From: a virus
Lineage: Duplodnaviria; Caudoviricetes
DNA length: 39,216 bases
Reading direction: 5' to 3' (one strand)
Virus record (IMG/VR): IMGVR_UViG_3300010376_000813
Span: 1-39,216 of that record
This document shows, piece by piece, positions 35,001-39,216 of the stretch (the first letter of the stretch is position 1; each line of letters starts with the position of its first letter). The position numbers were made by a program, and so were the translations under genes. The notes under the pieces were generated by a model. It made no database searches. It was not told the DNA's origin and saw only the letters and a list, made by a program, of their open reading frames with translations.

Positions 35001-36700
35001 TTGGCGAAGGCTCTGCGCCTGCGGGCTCAGCGGGCAATGACCTGATCTGGGGAGATGCCACGACTCACCGGCTGAGGCTGAATCCGAACAATGCTGGGGC
35101 GGTGAGTCTTGGGGGAATTGCAACCGCTGGCAGTGCTGGAGATTCCATAGTCCTCACTGCCAACGGAGTAGATTACGTAGATTCTAAAACTGCCACTGTG
35201 TTTGCCGCATCGGGCGATACCTCTTGTGCAACAGACTCAGCCGCACTTCAAGCGGGAATTACAGCCGCGCAAACTTCTGGAATCCCAATGCAACTACAGC
35301 CGGGAATATTCTATGCAGACAACTTGAGCGTTACCGGCCCAATCGTCTTTCGAGGCTCAGGAGGACACGCGACGATTATCAAGAATTGCAGCACTACCAA
35401 CAACGTCTTCACCCTCGCCTATCACACTTCGGCAGGCGGCGACCCATCCCAATCCGAAGCCATATTCTCAGATTTCGATGTCACGATGAAGAGTGGCGTT
35501 AATCCGACTGCGGGATATGGATTTCAGATCAGCAACGGAGGGACTGGATATCTCTCTGGCTTGCACCTTCAAGCCGTAAGCATGAGCGGCATCTGGCAAC
35601 CATTCCTTCTTGGCACAGGAGTAATCACTAACTGGATAAAGGATTTATCTACCATCAATTGCGTAAGTAATATCGGCATTGAATACAACACCGTAAGCCC
35701 TGGAGGAGATTACTGGATCAGCGACTTGAATCTCCAGAATTGCTCTCTTCAGATCGATCAAGCCGATACAACGACTTTCAACAACCTGAAGATCAACGTC
35801 CCAGCATCAGGAACAGCGGTTAAGTTTACTCAGGCTGGTTTTACCTCAAGAGTGCGCTTTATCAATCCGTCTATCGAATCTACAAGTACTGCTTGCTACG
35901 ACTTCGGCACGGGATCGAACAGTCCTAGTCAAGTACAGATTGTGGGTGGCGGATGTGGACTCGGCGCAGGAGCGATGTTTGCTAACGTAGGGAATGCCGT
36001 TCTCTTGCAATACATAACCAACGATTACACGACTGCGGACGGCAATCCCGGTCCTGTGGCTTCGGGCTGGCTGTGGCCGACCATCAACGCCACAAGCCTA
36101 GTGTTGTCCAGCACCACGCTTGCCAGTTCCAGTATTACAAACAGCGATGCAGCAGGCACGGGCACGGTTGGCTATTCGCTTTCAGACGACAACATCAACG
36201 GCTCATTCCAGGGTTTCGGCCCCAACTTCATTCTAGACCCAACGCTGAAAAGCAAGATAGCTTTTGGTCCCAACAACACAACCGCTAACGGGCTAGTCCT
36301 CTTCGGCACCAGCGGAGCGGTATCGGGGAATACGAATACCATCGACTTCAGGCCGGGAGGATACGCCGGAGCTGCCCGGACCCTGATTCTCGACAAGAAC
36401 CAGATCGAGCAGTTGGCGATTACGAATATGCTGTCGCAGACCGTGGTGTCATCAGCAACAACCATTGCTCCCACGTCACAGGCATTCCATGTATCGGGAA
36501 CCACGACAATCCAGACCATTACTGCACCGACAGCATGTATCACGGCGGGGCAGATGTGCCAGATTACGATCATCCCGGATGGAATCTTTGCAACCAACAC
36601 CAGTGGGAACATTGCACTTGCCACAGCCGCAACGGTGGTCGGAAAGGCGCTGATTATGACCTACGACCCCGGCACAAGCAAGTGGTATCCGAGCTATTAG
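32030..36700 (+). CDS. Large tail fibre/tailspike (1556 aa) with N-terminal signal peptide
   Basis: GGAGG SD before ATG 32030; MKWINRILLTFLLLSPLTALG|Q; VTVYLTGT..ATIF..NPFTANTDG anchor-type domain; VAIG repeats; LTTKGDI..RLPVGTNGQVL fibre motifs; DSAALQAGI..PGIFY beta-helix entry. Confidence 0.8.
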   Translation: MKWINRILLTFLLLSPLTALGQTDGFNGFCTTGNVKVTTSGLTSTTTVQQSYPKCTVTVYLTGTLTKATIFKDALGTALGNPFTANTDGSWLFFAADNQGFDVTMSGGVAPNVFAIPFTLTDLKVGSGGGTTAGCQGTLPGDNTSTNCGFGNLVANTTTPPANTSSFGYSSIDTNASTNIVAVGNTNANNISTFSGDVVAIGDNNAHYLTGAGTDVAVGYINFVGTVSNPCRLFNVVAVGQQNINPCPQGTAGANTGDIVAVGDNNFSFNGVTEPSYRLGNVVAVGDNNFIPATTSNAIGAIDTLCMGNNSCANIRATLNTDLVGIGDASLTGYAGNSSNTTPWNDIVAIGDASGINLPNTAGFIVGIGLSSAVGCQSGNSSCTPGSATMQYIVGIGESSGVNLQGTDVVAIGDSAMTGFFALSNPTPFTGHDAIAIGNHACTSLTTGTDNICIGDYAGSIGYDGVSTNGNANKTGIRNVWIGDTAGPNTTSQLNNTIAIGYQAYVTASNQITLGNSSNTLTIPGLAGVGTYCLKVDTSGNVTNTGAACATASSPLTTKGDIWVYSSVDTRLPVGTNGQVLSANSAQTTGLQWISALTNPMTTLGDIIYGGAAGAATRLAGNTTASTLCLVQTGTGSISAAPSWSSCAGSTSTALSSVSAASTNATIANGNNPIVWNWAQTTNSQTAFTFGETSAATGTSDIELAVTTATGSTAIPVVITESLNSAQTIPALEVLPTWNTTGVVDAAILVNATNTASGAASKLLDLQVGGSSKFSVDKSGNVLQAGTLNSTSVGGITVSGTPSANQVLTATSSSAANWQAPPVTSVSNSDSTLTISPTTGAVVASINLAHGNTWSATQTFNSVTLSSITGSTQCLQVNASGAVSGTGAVCGSGGGGATAWSSLTNPTTALTLSMAANSSTFTYNAATGAGDLYKLTDTTGNTGTGRILRVTTASGSTENPFQADANGVGWQVTSSGTLQTVGFTGAGELVLGEGSAPAGSAGNDLIWGDATTHRLRLNPNNAGAVSLGGIATAGSAGDSIVLTANGVDYVDSKTATVFAASGDTSCATDSAALQAGITAAQTSGIPMQLQPGIFYADNLSVTGPIVFRGSGGHATIIKNCSTTNNVFTLAYHTSAGGDPSQSEAIFSDFDVTMKSGVNPTAGYGFQISNGGTGYLSGLHLQAVSMSGIWQPFLLGTGVITNWIKDLSTINCVSNIGIEYNTVSPGGDYWISDLNLQNCSLQIDQADTTTFNNLKINVPASGTAVKFTQAGFTSRVRFINPSIESTSTACYDFGTGSNSPSQVQIVGGGCGLGAGAMFANVGNAVLLQYITNDYTTADGNPGPVASGWLWPTINATSLVLSSTTLASSSITNSDAAGTGTVGYSLSDDNINGSFQGFGPNFILDPTLKSKIAFGPNNTTANGLVLFGTSGAVSGNTNTIDFRPGGYAGAARTLILDKNQIEQLAITNMLSQTVVSSATTIAPTSQAFHVSGTTTIQTITAPTACITAGQMCQITIIPDGIFATNTSGNIALATAATVVGKALIMTYDPGTSKWYPSY
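32500..33580 (+). repeat. Degenerate protein-level repeats (V/I-A/G-V/I-G-D-N/A), YadA-head/beta-roll-like
   Basis: IVAVGNTN, VVAIGDNN, IVAVGDNN, VVAVGDNN, LVGIGDAS, IVAIGDAS, VVAIGDSA, TIAIGYQA and others; boundaries approximate. Confidence 0.7.
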
Positions 36701-38632
36701 ATGATGAAAAGACTGCTCATCCTCGCCCTTCTCCTCACGCCTCTCGATGTGGCTGGGCAGGTCATCAATGCCGCTTCGTGTTCCTCTACGGACGTACAGA
36801 CAGCATTCAATTCTGTCATCAGTTCGACTACGACGGTGAACATCCCGTCTGGCACTTGCTCCTGGACTACCCAGGTAACGCTGACCGTCCCTTCGGGCAA
36901 TACCAGCCTCACCGTCCAAGGGCAAAGCTCAATTGCGACCAATGACGCAAATGGAAACCCCGCTACGTTCAACGATGTAACGATCATTACCGACAACTAC
37001 ACGACGCAGAGCGGGATGCTGGTCATCAACACCAATTCGAACGCCTCTGGAATAGTAAGATTTACCGGGATCACGTATCAGGCTGGAACCGGACCACCGA
37101 CAAGCTCCGGCTGGCAAATCATTTCGCTTGGCTCGGGCTCCGAGCAATTCCGATTCGACCACAATCACCCCATGGTGCTGTCATCGTCCGGCCAGACTTT
37201 CATGCGCATCAATGGATGTACTCCCGGCGTGGCTGACCACAATCTCGTTGATCTGACTTCGAACAACAATGGAATCCAGGAGTGGAATCTTGGATCGTGC
37301 TATTCCGATTCTCTTGGCGAAGGCGATCAGGCATGGGCGCACCCTACCGGGTTTGGCACAGCCAGCGCCTTCTTCCTCGAAAACAATACCTTCAATAATG
37401 GGTTTGCAAATGATTGCTATATGGGCTCCTACGTGTTCCGTTTCAACACCTTCAATGAGAACGCGAACACGGCATCAGCGATCCAGACTCATCCGACCGG
37501 TGGAGCGGGCAGAATTCGAGGCTGCCGGTCAACGGAAATCTACAAGAACACCATGAACGTGACCTCGTTTATGAATGCGGCGGTGTTCTTCTCATCCGGC
37601 CCAGGGATGATCTGGGGCAACCCCTGCGCATCGAGTTCTGCCTCTGGAGGTGTGGGGTGCAAGCAATGGGTGCAGATAGAGTCCATCCGGACAAGCAACG
37701 TCACCTATACGCAGACCGCAACGCCGAACGGCTGGGGATACTGCGGTACGGCATTCAACGGAACCGGATCGAACTGGGATGGCTCGAATTCCACTTCAAG
37801 CGGATATCCATGCATCGACCAGCCCGGACGTGGGCAGGGAGATTTGCTGGTCAACGATTTCCCAAACACCACCAATAACGCCACTGGATGTACCTCGTCT
37901 TCGGCCTGCGCCTATCCCCGTCAGGCTGTCGAGCCTGTGTATGTGTGGTCTCTGGCATCGCAGGAATGGCAGCCGGTTCCGAACAATACCTCGAATTACG
38001 TTGGCATAGGCGTAGGGTCTGCCGACCTGACCCAGAATGTGGACTTCTATACCGGTGCCGACAACAGCGGGAATCTGATCTCGTTTACCGGAGCAACCGG
38101 GGTTGGCGTAGGAACCCGTGCATCCAGACCTGCATCGACCACAAACGGCGTGGCGTATTGGGCAACGACCGATTCAGGATCGGGCGTAACCTGGAACAAC
38201 GGCGCACCGAATTCAGGGTGTCTCGATAAGGTCGTCTCAGGCGCATGGGTGAACTGCTTCTATACTCCCTACGCCTATCCTCATCCGCTAATCTCGGGAG
38301 GAGTCGCAGCGGTTCCTACGTACACTCCCGGCACGGGAACCTACACCGCTCCCCAGACCGTAACGATCTCCTCAACGACTTCAGGAGCCACAATCTGCTA
38401 CACGACTGACGGATCGACTCCGACCGCAAACGGCGCTGGAACCTGTACCCACGGTACGACATACGCCGGAACCATCACGGTCTCAACTACCCAGACCGTC
38501 AAGGCTGTGGCCTCAAAATCAGGCACCGTTGATTCTTCAGTCGGAACGGCGGCGTTCACTATCAATCAAGCTCCTGCTCCGGTGATGTTCCTCGGGCCAA
38601 TTCAAATGATCGGAAAGGTGACTATTCCATGA
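36701..38632 (+). CDS. Secreted-type beta-helix protein with C-terminal chitobiase/Fn3-associated Ig-like domain
   Basis: MMKRLLILALLLTPLDVAG|Q; INAASCS..DVQTA, FRFDHN, ENNTF, FRFNTF beta-helix rungs; PTYTPGTGTY..TISSTTSGATICYTTDGSTPT..TVKAVA domain. Confidence 0.8.
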   Translation: MMKRLLILALLLTPLDVAGQVINAASCSSTDVQTAFNSVISSTTTVNIPSGTCSWTTQVTLTVPSGNTSLTVQGQSSIATNDANGNPATFNDVTIITDNYTTQSGMLVINTNSNASGIVRFTGITYQAGTGPPTSSGWQIISLGSGSEQFRFDHNHPMVLSSSGQTFMRINGCTPGVADHNLVDLTSNNNGIQEWNLGSCYSDSLGEGDQAWAHPTGFGTASAFFLENNTFNNGFANDCYMGSYVFRFNTFNENANTASAIQTHPTGGAGRIRGCRSTEIYKNTMNVTSFMNAAVFFSSGPGMIWGNPCASSSASGGVGCKQWVQIESIRTSNVTYTQTATPNGWGYCGTAFNGTGSNWDGSNSTSSGYPCIDQPGRGQGDLLVNDFPNTTNNATGCTSSSACAYPRQAVEPVYVWSLASQEWQPVPNNTSNYVGIGVGSADLTQNVDFYTGADNSGNLISFTGATGVGVGTRASRPASTTNGVAYWATTDSGSGVTWNNGAPNSGCLDKVVSGAWVNCFYTPYAYPHPLISGGVAAVPTYTPGTGTYTAPQTVTISSTTSGATICYTTDGSTPTANGAGTCTHGTTYAGTITVSTTQTVKAVASKSGTVDSSVGTAAFTINQAPAPVMFLGPIQMIGKVTIP

Positions 38633-39090
38633 TTCGGAAGATCGCAATCACTTTCCTAGTCCTCTTCGCTCTCAGAGCCGGAGGTCAGACTCTTGGTTCG
38701 GATGGAGGGATCAAGACTACATGGTACTTTTCGGGGACTGCTCAGAACTGCTCGACAACCACCACCACCAACTGCATTTCGAGCTATACCGAGACCTTCA
38801 CTCCTCCGCAGAGCCAAGCAGTTACGGTGATCACCATCCCCACCGCGCTCTGCGCTGCTCCAGCGACTAGTTGTATCCAGAGTGGCACGGGAGCCAGCAC
38901 ATCTCCCTATCTCTCTGTATGGCGACCGGGAGGGAAACTTTACTGCGGCCAGTGGACCATTACGCTGACTGCGAACTGGCTGGACGGGAACGGGAATCCT
39001 CAAGCACTGACTGCGCAGGGGGCGATGAATGAGCCGTGCCCTTTCACGGGAAGCGCCCCCACCGGGCTGGGCGTAACTCCGATCCCGTAA
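38629..39090 (+). CDS. Small secreted-type Ig/Fn3-like protein
   Basis: MIRKIAITFLVLFALRAGG|Q; six Cys; ends in SAPTGLGV; ATGA-coupled. Confidence 0.72.
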   Translation: MIRKIAITFLVLFALRAGGQTLGSDGGIKTTWYFSGTAQNCSTTTTTNCISSYTETFTPPQSQAVTVITIPTALCAAPATSCIQSGTGASTSPYLSVWRPGGKLYCGQWTITLTANWLDGNGNPQALTAQGAMNEPCPFTGSAPTGLGVTPIP

Positions 39091-39216
39091 ACGCCCATAA
39101 CGAGTAGTGCTGCTTTATCTGTACTCGCTGACCAGTAATAGGTCGAGCCGCAAGGCGCGAGACTTTTGCTGTGCTGAAAGGCCTTGGTTCCCATGAGCAC
39201 GATAAGGAACGGCAAC

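Noticed and set aside
5784-36700. Genome-wide TAG reassignment (genetic code 15)
   Set aside because: Only one gene is interrupted, and several genes end at TAG right before the next gene.
36698-36706. TAG readthrough fusing the fibre to the in-frame next gene
   Set aside because: The downstream gene has its own signal peptide, so adjacency and re-initiation suffice; not fully excluded.
32030-39090. Diversity-generating retroelement or invertible tail-fibre cassette
   Set aside because: No reverse transcriptase, invertase, or TR/VR-like near-identical repeat pair was noticed.
1-39216. tRNA, rRNA, integrase/att sites, lysis genes
   Set aside because: None recognisable by eye; intergenic spaces are few and short.

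Overview
A contiguous, almost entirely + strand segment of a tailed dsDNA phage or prophage with podovirus-like gene order. From left to right: a glycan-modification cluster (glycosyltransferases and two FkbM methyltransferases); small HTH and hypothetical genes; a putative small terminase broken by an in-frame TAG; TerL, portal, scaffold, major capsid and decoration proteins; two adaptor-like genes flanking a cluster of tiny basic proteins; a lectin-bearing nozzle-like protein; three ejection-like proteins; a degenerate Cas4/AddB-like gene; and a tail-fibre/spike module. Five free-standing homing-type endonuclease genes are interspersed (4 HNH, 1 PD-(D/E)XK). No tape measure, tail tube, integrase, lysis or replication gene was recognised. 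The host is plausibly Acidobacteriota (inference only). Main observations: (1) four to five appendage-type proteins, including a 1556-aa tail fibre, carry Sec-type signal peptides (four ending in GQ) and paired cysteines, which suggests export and oxidative folding outside the cytoplasm; (2) a duplicated promoter + bulged hairpin + terminator leader precedes both the head operon and the fibre operon; (3) endonuclease cassettes are flanked by duplicated, recoded gene termini, and the inverted ones are spanned by coupled sense-strand ORFs; (4) a glycosylation/methylation cluster sits beside Ser/Thr-rich virion proteins. All product calls are by-eye motif and synteny inferences; no searches were run.
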